From a virus, in IMG/VR virus record IMGVR_UViG_3300020469_000009: DNA of 64,000 nt; one strand, written 5' to 3'. Positions 27,644-37,187 of this stretch are shown one piece after another; position 1 is the stretch's first letter; the number at the start of each line of letters is the position of its first letter. The translations under genes and the position numbers were made by a program. The notes beneath the pieces were generated by a model that was not told where the DNA came from, ran no database searches, and saw nothing but the letters and a program-made list of their open reading frames with translations.

Positions 27644-28253
27644 TTTACCTGGCTGGGAAACAGCCCAGGATGAGTTATACAAATACGTTACTGAAGTAGA
27701 AAAAAAGTATGCGTATAATATGGACCTTGAAGTTGTAAGAAACTGTTATCCATATCCACATGATGATATGTTAGATTATGTGCCTGCACTACCAAAATTA
27801 GTAGAACACATTGGTGAAATTAAATCAGTTTCTCTTATATGTTTATACAAACCAATTATGACTATACACACTGATATGTACACTGACAATGAAGGTAATA
27901 CAAATGCAAAATGGAAACTTAATATACCTGTACTAAATGTGCATGAGAAGACTACTACATATTGGTATGAAAGAACAAATCCAAGAAATACAAAAGGTGA
28001 AGATTATCCTTTTCCATATTACATAGCTGCCGGTCATGCTGCAAACAATAAAAAAGTAGCCAGTAATATTATGGAAGCTGATGTAATATTTCATCCAGAT
28101 GAGATGACTAAAATAGATGAAGTAATATTAGACAAACCTGTAATATTTGATTCACATACACCACATAATGTAGTTATTGAAGGTTGGAAGTTTCCTAGAA
28201 TTACAGCATCTGTATACTTTAAAGATAATGAGGCTTTACATGAATACTTATAA
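27612..28253 (+). CDS. 2OG-Fe(II) oxygenase-like paralog 2
   Basis: IHTD, KLNIPVLN, PHNV, FPR. Confidence 0.7.
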   Translation: MKMKNCWKHINLPGWETAQDELYKYVTEVEKKYAYNMDLEVVRNCYPYPHDDMLDYVPALPKLVEHIGEIKSVSLICLYKPIMTIHTDMYTDNEGNTNAKWKLNIPVLNVHEKTTTYWYERTNPRNTKGEDYPFPYYIAAGHAANNKKVASNIMEADVIFHPDEMTKIDEVILDKPVIFDSHTPHNVVIEGWKFPRITASVYFKDNEALHEYL

Positions 28254-28986
28254 GAAAGTAAACATACCACATTATGATACTATAGTAGAAGAACTAAAAG
28301 AGTATACTAAAGTCACACATCCGTACTTATATAGTGGTATTAGTTGGACTGGCAAGAAGATGGATAGAGCCGCTGGTAAAAATGCACAAAAATTATTTGA
28401 ACGTGCTATGATAGAAGAAAAAATAAAAAATGAACACAAAGGACAAGCTGGTTTTTGGAGACAGTGCTACCCAGATATATTTCAAGATACATTAGAAAAA
28501 TGCCCACACTTATCTAAGGGATTAGCAGAATATGGTAATGTAGTTAATGTAGCTTTTTTCTGTATGTGGGATAAACATTCACCAATACATTCTGATGATA
28601 TTGTTATGGATTTACAAACTCAAAGATACCGTATGGACCCAGCAATGGAAGAATATTATGACAAGTTTCCACCATTTCCTATACGTACTAGAATTAATAT
28701 ACCTTTATTTAACTGTGAAAAATCATCAACTAAATGGTGGCAACCACATGTAGATAAACCACCTAAAAGAAATGACTTTAGGTCCTATCAAGAAGATGAG
28801 TGTGATTTAATTAATGAAACAGTATTAGATAAAGCTATGTTAATAAGAGTTGATATACCTCACCAAGTAGTAAATCATTCATGGAGATTTCCAAGAATGG
28901 CAGCAACGATTTCTACTGATAAAGATTTAACAGACTTTATAGATGATTATGATAAATGGGAAGACCCGCTAGGATACGGCTACTGA
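28240..28986 (+). CDS. 2OG-Fe(II) oxygenase-like paralog 3
   Basis: IHSD, RINIPLFN, IRVDIPHQV, FPR; start set at MNTYKK after GAGG. Confidence 0.7.
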   Translation: MNTYKKVNIPHYDTIVEELKEYTKVTHPYLYSGISWTGKKMDRAAGKNAQKLFERAMIEEKIKNEHKGQAGFWRQCYPDIFQDTLEKCPHLSKGLAEYGNVVNVAFFCMWDKHSPIHSDDIVMDLQTQRYRMDPAMEEYYDKFPPFPIRTRINIPLFNCEKSSTKWWQPHVDKPPKRNDFRSYQEDECDLINETVLDKAMLIRVDIPHQVVNHSWRFPRMAATISTDKDLTDFIDDYDKWEDPLGYGY

Positions 28987-29934
28987 ATCCCATCCCCATT
29001 CACCTTCCATACCTGCAACTGAATATTCAGTCACACGTTTTTCAAAGAAGTTGTCATGTGATACTCCATTTAGTACCCAATCTAACCAAGGTAAAGGATT
29101 TTCTTTTGCTTTGAATTTCGCTTTGAGACCAAGTTGAAGCAAACGTCTATCAGCAATATGTCTAATATATTCTTTTACTTCCTCTTCTTCTAAACCTTCC
29201 ACTTTATTATCTTTATATGCTAATGCTATAAATCTATCTTCTAGTTTTACAGCATTTCTAGCCATTTGATAAATTTTGGATTTAAGTTCATCATTTACAA
29301 TTCTAGGATGTTCATCACATAATGTTCTAAACAATTTAGCATTACCTTGTACGTGCAGAGTTTCATCTCTTATAGACCATTCTACAATAGTACCCATGCC
29401 TTTCATTTTACCAAATCTTTGAAAGTTTAGTAGCATTACAAAAGATGCAAATAATGACATGCCTTCATTAAATACTGATTGTGCTAATGCTAGAGCGAGA
29501 CCAGATAATGATGTAATATTACTATCCGCCATGAAGTCTAGCTTATCAGCCATTTCTTTGTATTCAATAAATTTGTGGAAATCTTCTTCTGGTAAACCAA
29601 GAGTGTCATTTAATAAAGCATAAGCTCTTTGATGAACACCCTCTCTATTTGCAAAAGAAGCTAACATGTTTCTAACTTCATTGTTCTTCATTTTAGGTAT
29701 CAAGAACTCATGATAGTTAGAACCAACTTGTACATCTGACTGTGTAAATAAACGTAAGATATTCTCAATGAAATCTTTTTCCTGGACAGACAGTTTTGTC
29801 CTCCAGTCTTGTACATCTTCTGAAAGTTCAGCTTCGTCTTCTACCCAGTGCACCTCTTCATGCTTTTTAGTTAGCTCAACGGCCCACGGGTAAGCAAAAG
29901 GCTTGTAAGCTTTACTTTCGTCTAGTACAGTCAT
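28969..29934 (-). CDS. nrdB: ribonucleotide reductase class Ia beta subunit
   Basis: EGVHQRAY, EGMSLFASF, SIRDETLH, NFFE. Confidence 0.95.
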   Translation of the reverse strand: MTVLDESKAYKPFAYPWAVELTKKHEEVHWVEDEAELSEDVQDWRTKLSVQEKDFIENILRLFTQSDVQVGSNYHEFLIPKMKNNEVRNMLASFANREGVHQRAYALLNDTLGLPEEDFHKFIEYKEMADKLDFMADSNITSLSGLALALAQSVFNEGMSLFASFVMLLNFQRFGKMKGMGTIVEWSIRDETLHVQGNAKLFRTLCDEHPRIVNDELKSKIYQMARNAVKLEDRFIALAYKDNKVEGLEEEEVKEYIRHIADRRLLQLGLKAKFKAKENPLPWLDWVLNGVSHDNFFEKRVTEYSVAGMEGEWGWDSVAVS

Positions 29935-29949
29935 ATGTATCTCCTTGAT

Positions 29950-30120
29950 TTACTTTTTGTCGTCTAATACGATTTGCTCTTCCAATGCTTTAATTCGCTC
30001 ATTCATTCTAAAGATAACAGAACACAAAGATTTCATATCTTGTGCATTCGGATTACCTCTAGCAACTGTGCGATCAAGCATCGTCTGAAGCTCCTCGGTA
30101 TAACTAATTTTATCAGCCAT
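29950..30120 (-). CDS. 56-aa peptide between nrdA and nrdB (not in ORF track)
   Basis: MADKISYTEELQTMLDRTVARG...; AAGGAGG RBS. Confidence 0.7.
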   Translation of the reverse strand: MADKISYTEELQTMLDRTVARGNPNAQDMKSLCSVIFRMNERIKALEEQIVLDDKK

Positions 30121-30140
30121 ACTTTCCTCCTTCGCTAGGC

Positions 30141-32123
30141 CTAACCTTCACAGGCTCGGCATTCATCGTTTTCCTCATGACCTTTATTTATATGAGCCAT
30201 GAACTCGTCATAACCACCTACATATTCACCTTTAAGATAAATTTGTGGGACAGTCTTAACATCTTTTCTTCCAGTGACTTCCGCAGCTGTTTTACCAAGT
30301 TTTTCAATATCAATAAAATCATACGGTATGTTTAGAATTCTAAATTCTTCTTTTGCCATGTGACAAAATGGACAGTCGTCTTTTCCATATATTACATTTC
30401 TGTCATTATCAACAAGAGCTACTCTTGCAACTTTATCAGATACAGTTTCGGCTCTTACTTTTGATTCAGTACGTAAATAATACAAACCTTTTAATCCTTC
30501 TTTCCAAGCTTTAACATGTACATCATTAACATAACTTCTATCTACACCTGTTGGAAAAAATAAATTAACACTTTGACCTTGGCAAATATATTTTTGTCTA
30601 TCTGCTGCATGTTGTACTACCCATCTTTGGTCTAATTCATCTGCTGTTTTAAATAATGTTTTATCTTCATCAGTTAAAAAAGTTAGATGCTGAACTGAAC
30701 CCTTATTAGTAATAATACTTTTCCATACACCCTTTTTATTTTCTCCAATATTCTCTAATACTCTTTCTAAATATTTGTTTTTTACCAAGAAACTTCCAGC
30801 TCTTGTTCTATGTGTATATGCATTTGCTTTCATCGGTTCAATAGAAGGAGAAGTAGAAAGAATGATACCACTACTAGCGTTGGGAGCAATTGCCAATAAG
30901 TGAGAATTACGTTTACCACTTCCATCACCGTCTAAATAATCTCCTCTTTCTTTTGCCAATAACTCTGTTTGTTCATGTGCTCTTTCATTTATTACTTTAA
31001 ATATATTAGTATTATACTCTCTTGCAACCTCAGTTTGCCAAGAACATCCTTTTCTTTGCAAGTATGAATGGAAACCCATTGCACCAAGACCTATACTTCT
31101 TTCTCTAGCTGCTGAGTATTTTGCTCTTGATATTGTATCTGGTGCATTTTTGATAAAATATTCTAATACATTATCAAGCATTGTAATCAAATCCTGCACT
31201 ATTGTAGTGTCTTTCCAATCGTCATAATACTCTAGGTTGAGTGAAGACAGACAACATACAGCTGTTCTATCCTCACTCGTAGGTAGATGGATTTCATTGC
31301 AGAGATTAGAACCATTGATTTTAAGACCAGCTTTTTTCAATGGTGCAGGAAGATGTTTATTTGCGGTGTCAATAAAGTTTAGATATGGCTCACCAGTTCT
31401 AAATCTTGTTTCTAATATTTGTTGCCATACTTTTCTAGCATTTTGTGTATCGGTGACACGTTGATCGTTAGGGTCTATAAAATCCCATTTTTCATTTGCA
31501 ATCACAGCTTTCATAAAATCATCTGTGATATTAATTGCATTGTGTATATTCAGTGCTTTTCTTTGTACATCACCTGTAGGTATTCTCAACTGCAAAAATT
31601 CCATAACATCGGGATGACCAATATCCATATATGCAGCATAAGAACCTTTTCGGGTTTTACCCTGACGATATGCTATCATATCTGCATCTACTGTATGTAA
31701 AAAAGGTATAGGTCCAGGTGCAATATCAGATATAGTACGGACATCTGACCAGTGGCCACCAACTCCACCACCATAAACTGATAACCATCTTAGTTCAGAT
31801 GAATGACCAATCAAACCTTCTAAGGTATCTGGTACATAAGTTAAAAAACATGATATAGGCATACCTTTGTCTTCATTAGGTTTACCATTTGGTGCATTTG
31901 ATAAAACTGGAGATGCAAACATAAACCATTTTTTGCTAGCATACTCATATAGTCTTTGTGCTAATTCTTTATCTTCTTTATTTTTAAATTTAGACCATGC
32001 TGTTGCTGCTCTAGCATAAGCCTCTTGGGGAGACTTTTCGCTTTTACGCATATAAAAATCTCTTAACATTCCTCTTGCGTAATCTGCCAACAAGCCATCA
32101 CGTTCGGTATTAACTTTTACCAT
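30141..32123 (-). CDS. nrdA: ribonucleotide reductase class Ia alpha subunit with C-terminal glutaredoxin domain
   Basis: ISCF, SNLCNE, APNASS, LYY; CPFC...TVPQI...GGY; terminal CRAC. Confidence 0.95.
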   Translation of the reverse strand: MVKVNTERDGLLADYARGMLRDFYMRKSEKSPQEAYARAATAWSKFKNKEDKELAQRLYEYASKKWFMFASPVLSNAPNGKPNEDKGMPISCFLTYVPDTLEGLIGHSSELRWLSVYGGGVGGHWSDVRTISDIAPGPIPFLHTVDADMIAYRQGKTRKGSYAAYMDIGHPDVMEFLQLRIPTGDVQRKALNIHNAINITDDFMKAVIANEKWDFIDPNDQRVTDTQNARKVWQQILETRFRTGEPYLNFIDTANKHLPAPLKKAGLKINGSNLCNEIHLPTSEDRTAVCCLSSLNLEYYDDWKDTTIVQDLITMLDNVLEYFIKNAPDTISRAKYSAARERSIGLGAMGFHSYLQRKGCSWQTEVAREYNTNIFKVINERAHEQTELLAKERGDYLDGDGSGKRNSHLLAIAPNASSGIILSTSPSIEPMKANAYTHRTRAGSFLVKNKYLERVLENIGENKKGVWKSIITNKGSVQHLTFLTDEDKTLFKTADELDQRWVVQHAADRQKYICQGQSVNLFFPTGVDRSYVNDVHVKAWKEGLKGLYYLRTESKVRAETVSDKVARVALVDNDRNVIYGKDDCPFCHMAKEEFRILNIPYDFIDIEKLGKTAAEVTGRKDVKTVPQIYLKGEYVGGYDEFMAHINKGHEENDECRACEG

Positions 32124-32953
32124 TATACTCTCTTCCAGTTATCTAATTTAATTTTCGCTTGTAGACCTTGATAGATATTTTCTTGAATGATTTTGTGAGG
32201 ATTGAGGTTTTCTAATATCATATCATTTATATCTTTTGTTCTTACATTATCAGGCCAAATTACTATCTTGAAACCTCTGTCAATAAACTTAGAATATTTA
32301 GAAATTATTTCTGCATTTCGCGGTTCATTGTCTAGACATATTATCATGTCCGAATTAAGATATTTATTTTTAGCCATATCCGAACCGGCCATCGCGAGGC
32401 AATTAGGCAAAAATAAACTGTCAATAGGACCTTCTACTACTATAGTTTCTTTAGTTTCATCCCATCTTTCTAAACCAAATATTTTATCTTTACTTTTATC
32501 TAGTAATATAGTGATATATTTTGGTTGACTATCATCTAAGGCTCTTGCTTGTAAAGCAAATAGCTTATTTTCTTTGTCATAAAATGGTATGATTATTTTT
32601 TTTTGGCCGTCTTTGAGATTGTACCCGTACCTATTAACCAAGCTTCCAAGAAACTCAGTGTATAGAAACTTATTATAATGGCTAACAGGAATCCTACGGC
32701 TCCGTAAGAATTGTATGCACTCATGAGAATCGTGAAGACTAGAAGCCCTCGGCAAATCAGATAAGATGCTGCTATGATTGATGGAGACTTGCTTGTTAAT
32801 GCTAGGCCTAGACTTATTAGAGAGGCTGTTAATAATAGTATCATATCTTTGGTTACGTTGACATCCATGACATAAAAACATTTTTACATCATTATCATTG
32901 TACACAAACGCAGGGGTAGTGCCGCAATACGGGCACGCTATTTCCATCACCAT
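32123..32953 (-). CDS. gp61: DNA primase gp61
   Basis: CPYC/CHGC zinc finger, IIIPFYD, QARAL, VEGPIDSLF, DNEPRN, KDINDM. Confidence 0.92.
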   Translation of the reverse strand: MVMEIACPYCGTTPAFVYNDNDVKMFLCHGCQRNQRYDTIINSLSNKSRPSINKQVSINHSSILSDLPRASSLHDSHECIQFLRSRRIPVSHYNKFLYTEFLGSLVNRYGYNLKDGQKKIIIPFYDKENKLFALQARALDDSQPKYITILLDKSKDKIFGLERWDETKETIVVEGPIDSLFLPNCLAMAGSDMAKNKYLNSDMIICLDNEPRNAEIISKYSKFIDRGFKIVIWPDNVRTKDINDMILENLNPHKIIQENIYQGLQAKIKLDNWKRV

Positions 32954-32960
32954 AGATAGA

Positions 32961-33518
32961 TTATACTTCTATCTTTTTCTTCTTTTTCTTTTTTTCAGTG
33001 CCACCGTCAAGTAAAGAATCTATTCCTACTAAACCAGTAGCATTTAAAGCTGCATTAGTATCAGCTCCAGATAAAGGTCCACCAAATGCTGCACCAGATG
33101 TCATAGACTCTTCCATAGCATCTAACATAGCATCCCAATAACCTTCTTTTGTAGTGAGGTCCCAATCTTCTTTGGTACAAATACCGTGTTCAACAAATCT
33201 TTCTTGTAAATACTCTGCAGTTTCAGAGTTTGTATGTTGTTCTGTATATTCTTTAATAAGCATAAGTGCAGCTACATAAGTGCCAAACCTAGCACCACCT
33301 GGTACTTTAGATATTAGTCTTTTTAAATTCCAAACTAATCTGTCTAGCATATTGAAAGAGGCTTTTTGCTTTTTATCTCTATCTCTTTTATTTACTAGTA
33401 TCTTGCCTTTTTTATCAATAACACCTGTTTTAAACGCATCCCATTTGGAATACTTCATTGTAAGTTTACGAAGCATTCTAAAAACAAATATTGTATCTAC
33501 TACACTTTTTCCAGCCAT
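32961..33518 (-). CDS. conserved T4-like hypothetical protein
   Basis: WDAFKTGVIDKKG, RLVWNLKRL, AALMLIKE. Confidence 0.75.
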   Translation of the reverse strand: MAGKSVVDTIFVFRMLRKLTMKYSKWDAFKTGVIDKKGKILVNKRDRDKKQKASFNMLDRLVWNLKRLISKVPGGARFGTYVAALMLIKEYTEQHTNSETAEYLQERFVEHGICTKEDWDLTTKEGYWDAMLDAMEESMTSGAAFGGPLSGADTNAALNATGLVGIDSLLDGGTEKKKKKKKIEV

Positions 33519-33525
33519 ACTCTAT

Positions 33526-33900
33526 TTAATTCCCAAGTTTCTTTAGTAATACTGCAGTTTCCAGGCTAAATTTAACTTCAACCCAATCAGATTCATGAAG
33601 ATATGATAGATATTCAAATATTGTTTTAAACACTCTTTTTTCAGCATCATTGCAATGGAACATCATAAGTTCTTTGGCAGCATCTGTTTCAAATACATTA
33701 AAGAACAATATAACATGGTTGACTAATAAACGTATGTTTACATCTTTACCATTTACAATTTTTGTGGCTAATTTACGAGCATATTGTGATTTACGTAAGT
33801 CGTCTTGGAATTCTTTTTTGTCGGCAGCATAGACATTTCTATAATGCTTAAAAGCGTATTTCTCGAAATTTTTCTTATCCAGCTGCATCGATGTGACCAT
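33526..33900 (-). CDS. conserved T4-like hypothetical protein
   Basis: YAFKHY, EFQDDL, RLLVNHVILFFNVF. Confidence 0.75.
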   Translation of the reverse strand: MVTSMQLDKKNFEKYAFKHYRNVYAADKKEFQDDLRKSQYARKLATKIVNGKDVNIRLLVNHVILFFNVFETDAAKELMMFHCNDAEKRVFKTIFEYLSYLHESDWVEVKFSLETAVLLKKLGN

Positions 33901-34273
33901 ACTCAGACGGATTTAATTTTGTCTGTGGCTTGGTATCGACTTTGTCTTTCTTACCGCTTAATTTGACTTCACGGGTTTTTTCGGCATCAGCTTCATCATT
34001 GTCAAATTCTTTATTACCAATTGCTACGTTTGCACCAGGTACTTCACCTGGAACAGATGCTGGTGCTCCAGCCACTGCAGATGCGGGTGCATTAGCAGGT
34101 GCAGCTTCGCCATCAGATACTTCTTCCTCTTCTTCATCATCAGATTTTTCTAATGGGTTTTTACCATTAGAAATTTGTTCACCTTCATCCTCTTTAATTT
34201 GATTTAAGAGTTTTATGAAGTCGTCAATATCACCTTCAAATTCTTGTAGAATATCTTTTATGTTGATTGCCAT
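33875..34273 (-). CDS. acidic low-complexity protein
   Basis: E/D- and A/P-rich; TATAAATA 4 nt upstream of the ATG. Confidence 0.7.
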   Translation of the reverse strand: MAINIKDILQEFEGDIDDFIKLLNQIKEDEGEQISNGKNPLEKSDDEEEEEVSDGEAAPANAPASAVAGAPASVPGEVPGANVAIGNKEFDNDEADAEKTREVKLSGKKDKVDTKPQTKLNPSEYGHIDAAG

Positions 34274-34277
34274 AGGT

Positions 34278-34285
34278 TATTTATA
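34278..34285 (-). promoter_or_regulatory. T4-type late promoter (near-leaderless transcript)
   Basis: TATAAATA-ACCT-ATG. Confidence 0.7.
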
Positions 34286-34288
34286 CAA

Positions 34289-34319
34289 GAAGGGAAGAGA
34301 TGTTAAGTCTCTTCCCTTC
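34289..34319 (-). terminator. hairpin terminator after the YRG peptide gene
   Basis: 12-bp stem GAAGGGAAGAGA/TCTCTTCCCTTC. Confidence 0.7.
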
Positions 34320-34343
34320 CGTTCTTATACTGTTGCAATAAGC

Positions 34344-34466
34344 TTAAGCAGCAAGTTTTCCAGTAATTCCACGATAAGTGACTTCGTCACTTTTCTTCGC
34401 TTTAGTTACTGGCGGCTTGCTTTTTAAGGTTTTTGCATCGTATTTGATACCTCTGTAGCAGTACAT
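34344..34466 (-). CDS. 40-aa DUF4278-like (YRG) peptide
   Basis: MYCYRGIKY...TYRGITGKLAA; GGAGG RBS at 34471-34475. Confidence 0.75.
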   Translation of the reverse strand: MYCYRGIKYDAKTLKSKPPVTKAKKSDEVTYRGITGKLAA

Positions 34467-34526
34467 ATTACCTCCGGTTTTCGTATCGATTTCGTACATA
34501 CACCTTTCGGTGTACACCCTTCTCAA

Positions 34527-34663
34527 CGCGTTCCTTCAGCAAACTTTCGGTCTCGTTCCCTTCTGGATTTATTGACCCAAAAAGAAGGTACTTGCTTTCC
34601 CCTAAGAATAGGGAGGTTTTCAGGTTTTGCCTACTTCCGTCATATATTGCTATATGATGAACG
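34527..34663 (-). ncRNA. glutamine riboswitch, glnA class (glutamine-I), with enlarged P3
   Basis: CGUUCAUC-hairpin-GACGGAAGUAG...UGAAGGAACGCG consensus; lies between a late promoter and the DUF4278-like ORF. Confidence 0.8.
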
Positions 34664-34668
34664 TATAA

Positions 34669-34676
34669 TATTTATA
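34669..34676 (-). promoter_or_regulatory. T4-type late promoter driving the riboswitch transcript
   Basis: TATAAATA 5 nt upstream of the aptamer 5' end. Confidence 0.75.
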
Positions 34677-34679
34677 CTA

Positions 34680-37175
34680 TTATTCAAAAAAATTTGTTAG
34701 TGTAAGCCGCTTCTCAATTGACCAACCTATTGGGTCTAAGATACCTTCCATAGGTTCAACAATAATTTTTTGGAACATTTTTTGATAGTCAATATACTCT
34801 CTGACTTTAAATGTATTAGGTATTGCAGTCATATAAGATATAACATCTGAACCTACATTGTTAGGTTCTCTTAGCCAAAGGAATTTACCTTTTTCACCAT
34901 TGTTGATATATTCCCATGTGTTTTCTAGTTTATGTTGCTTGACAAGACGATTGAATAAAACAGCACCACGAATATGCGGTGGTGTACCTTTTTTAAAACC
35001 AATATTATCTCTTGGAGTATATGCCCACACATTATTCATAGTTCTTGGAAATGCGATATCTTCACCACGCAATGTCAAGAAATACTTTTTAAAATCTTGA
35101 ACAGCTTTTTGTACTTCAGCTTCATCACTTACCAAACACAATTCAATAAGTTTAAGTAAAGGTTCCCTGCAAATTTGTGGTGTTGAAGAACGTATAGCTT
35201 CAAGGCCTTGAATTTTTAGTTTAGGTTTTTCAGGACGATAGCCTTCAATATCCCAAACATTCATAGCATATCTTTTCTTGGCAGTCCAAAATGCAGAATC
35301 AGCTATATTTTCACGGCCCATAACCATTTTTTGTTCATACACATTTTGATATTTAGCTATCTTATCAAATTCTTGATTAAGAGCTTTGGTTAACTGTTCT
35401 TCGCAAACTCTGTCAAGAATATCTACAACTTCAGTTTTAGATTTGTCTGCGAAGAACTTATCAACCAATGGTTGAAGATTTACATAGTTTGAATCTGTGT
35501 CTATTGCTATAACATAATCAACTTTATCTGTTTTTAATAACTTATTTAGATAAGCATTGATTGCCATTTCAGCACGTTGAATTACAAATTGGCCAGATAA
35601 TGTAATTGATGAACCTAGCCTTGGGTCAAACCATCTATAATATTTGTTTGTTATTGCACCATAACCTGAGTTAAGTAATATTTTTCTAACATATTGAGCC
35701 AGGTGTAATTTAGTAATATCCTTACCTTCTTTTTGTGCCTTCTTCATTACACCCTGAATTTTTTTACGTTCAGAATATAGTTTACGCATAGCTCTTGGAA
35801 TCATACCTTCACGGTCTTTTTTGAAACACCAGCCAGATGCTGCAACAGCAAAATCACCAGGATTTTTAAATGTTTTATTATGTAAAAAATCACGCATACG
35901 TTTATCTTCAGATATATCAGGCCACACTTGAAGTTTGTCCATAATAGTTTCTGGAGATATATTATATTGCATAATTAAATGTGGATATAGAGAATTCAAA
36001 TCAAAAGATGCTACCCACCCATGTTTACCAACCTGTGGAGTTTTAACATAACCACCTGGAATAGCTTCAGTCAAACTATATTTAGGAAATGTAGTTGGTG
36101 GTATTTTATTTTCAACAGCCATTTCACGGTTAATCAAAGCATCCCAAGTTTTAACTACACCTGATACATCTTCATAATTAATACCAGCTTTATATGCCAC
36201 AGCTATTTGCACATCTATCAAACCCATTTTATCATCAAGTCTTTTAACAAGGTTTGTATCTTGAATATTGTAATCAATAAACTTATTAAAATCATCAAAG
36301 AATAATCTATGTAAAGTACCTGCTTCTTCATAATCAAGTTTCTTTTCACCAAGTTCTACAGTGGCAATATGGTCTAAACGATATGATTCTTGTACTGAAT
36401 TTTTTTTGTATCGGTCTAGATAATCAATATCATCTACACCCATGATTTCTACTCTTAGTTGTGTACCTTGTTTAGTTGGAAACTCACGTAATCTTGTGAC
36501 ATTCCAAGGTGATAATCTTTTAACATCAAAACCTAGTTTGACCATTCGGTTATGAATATACGGCATATCAAAAGTTTGTGTATTCCAACCCGTCACAACT
36601 TGTGGAAAGTTATCACACCAATACTTTAAGAAAAATTCTAGTATTTGTCTTTCAGAATTGCATGGTACATAAAATACCTTGTCAACTAATTCTTCAGGCA
36701 ACACAGAATCATTCCTTGACCAATCACCATTGCCAAATGTGATAAATTTATCCCTTAAACTGTCATGTACACAAATGGCTGTAATAGGATGTTTAGCTTC
36801 ATCAGGCTCTGGAAAACCTTCTTCAGAACTTACCTCAATATCAATAGTAAATACTCTAATCTCTTCACGCTTCCATTCGGTTTCAGCATTAGGATAAGTT
36901 TCTATACAATATTGAGAATTATAAAATGGAAAACCATATACTTTTAAATTTGTTTCTTCGTTTTGTTTAGCAAAAGTACGAGCATCAGGAATACTATCAA
37001 ATTGTAATGGTTTTAAATGATTACCATATATGTCAGTATAGCCTGTTTGTTTAGCTGATTGTATGTATAATGTTGGTTGATATTTTATTTTACTACGGAA
37101 TTCTTGACCATCTCTTATTCCACGAACAAGTAGATTTTGACCATACATGGCCACATTAGTGTAGTATTCTGACAT
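34680..37175 (-). CDS. gp43: family B DNA polymerase gp43
   Basis: IDIE exonuclease motif, SFDLNSLYP, K..LNS.YG, IDTDS, KKRYA. Confidence 0.97.
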   Translation of the reverse strand: MSEYYTNVAMYGQNLLVRGIRDGQEFRSKIKYQPTLYIQSAKQTGYTDIYGNHLKPLQFDSIPDARTFAKQNEETNLKVYGFPFYNSQYCIETYPNAETEWKREEIRVFTIDIEVSSEEGFPEPDEAKHPITAICVHDSLRDKFITFGNGDWSRNDSVLPEELVDKVFYVPCNSERQILEFFLKYWCDNFPQVVTGWNTQTFDMPYIHNRMVKLGFDVKRLSPWNVTRLREFPTKQGTQLRVEIMGVDDIDYLDRYKKNSVQESYRLDHIATVELGEKKLDYEEAGTLHRLFFDDFNKFIDYNIQDTNLVKRLDDKMGLIDVQIAVAYKAGINYEDVSGVVKTWDALINREMAVENKIPPTTFPKYSLTEAIPGGYVKTPQVGKHGWVASFDLNSLYPHLIMQYNISPETIMDKLQVWPDISEDKRMRDFLHNKTFKNPGDFAVAASGWCFKKDREGMIPRAMRKLYSERKKIQGVMKKAQKEGKDITKLHLAQYVRKILLNSGYGAITNKYYRWFDPRLGSSITLSGQFVIQRAEMAINAYLNKLLKTDKVDYVIAIDTDSNYVNLQPLVDKFFADKSKTEVVDILDRVCEEQLTKALNQEFDKIAKYQNVYEQKMVMGRENIADSAFWTAKKRYAMNVWDIEGYRPEKPKLKIQGLEAIRSSTPQICREPLLKLIELCLVSDEAEVQKAVQDFKKYFLTLRGEDIAFPRTMNNVWAYTPRDNIGFKKGTPPHIRGAVLFNRLVKQHKLENTWEYINNGEKGKFLWLREPNNVGSDVISYMTAIPNTFKVREYIDYQKMFQKIIVEPMEGILDPIGWSIEKRLTLTNFFE

Positions 37176-37187
37176 ATTAGTATTATA

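Noticed and set aside
34344-34526. 60-aa version of the YRG peptide from the ORF track
   Set aside because: The extension lies in the riboswitch expression platform; GGAGG supports the ATG at 34466.
34540-34630. Riboswitch insert as a c-di-GMP-I (GEMM) aptamer or hammerhead
   Set aside because: Only a loose resemblance (AAAC...GCAA, GGGUC; CUGA...GAAA). The GNRA loop/receptor and the CUGANGA core are absent.
28969-37175. Introns or inteins in nrdB, nrdA, gp61 and gp43
   Set aside because: The ORFs are continuous and of normal length, with no intein motifs.
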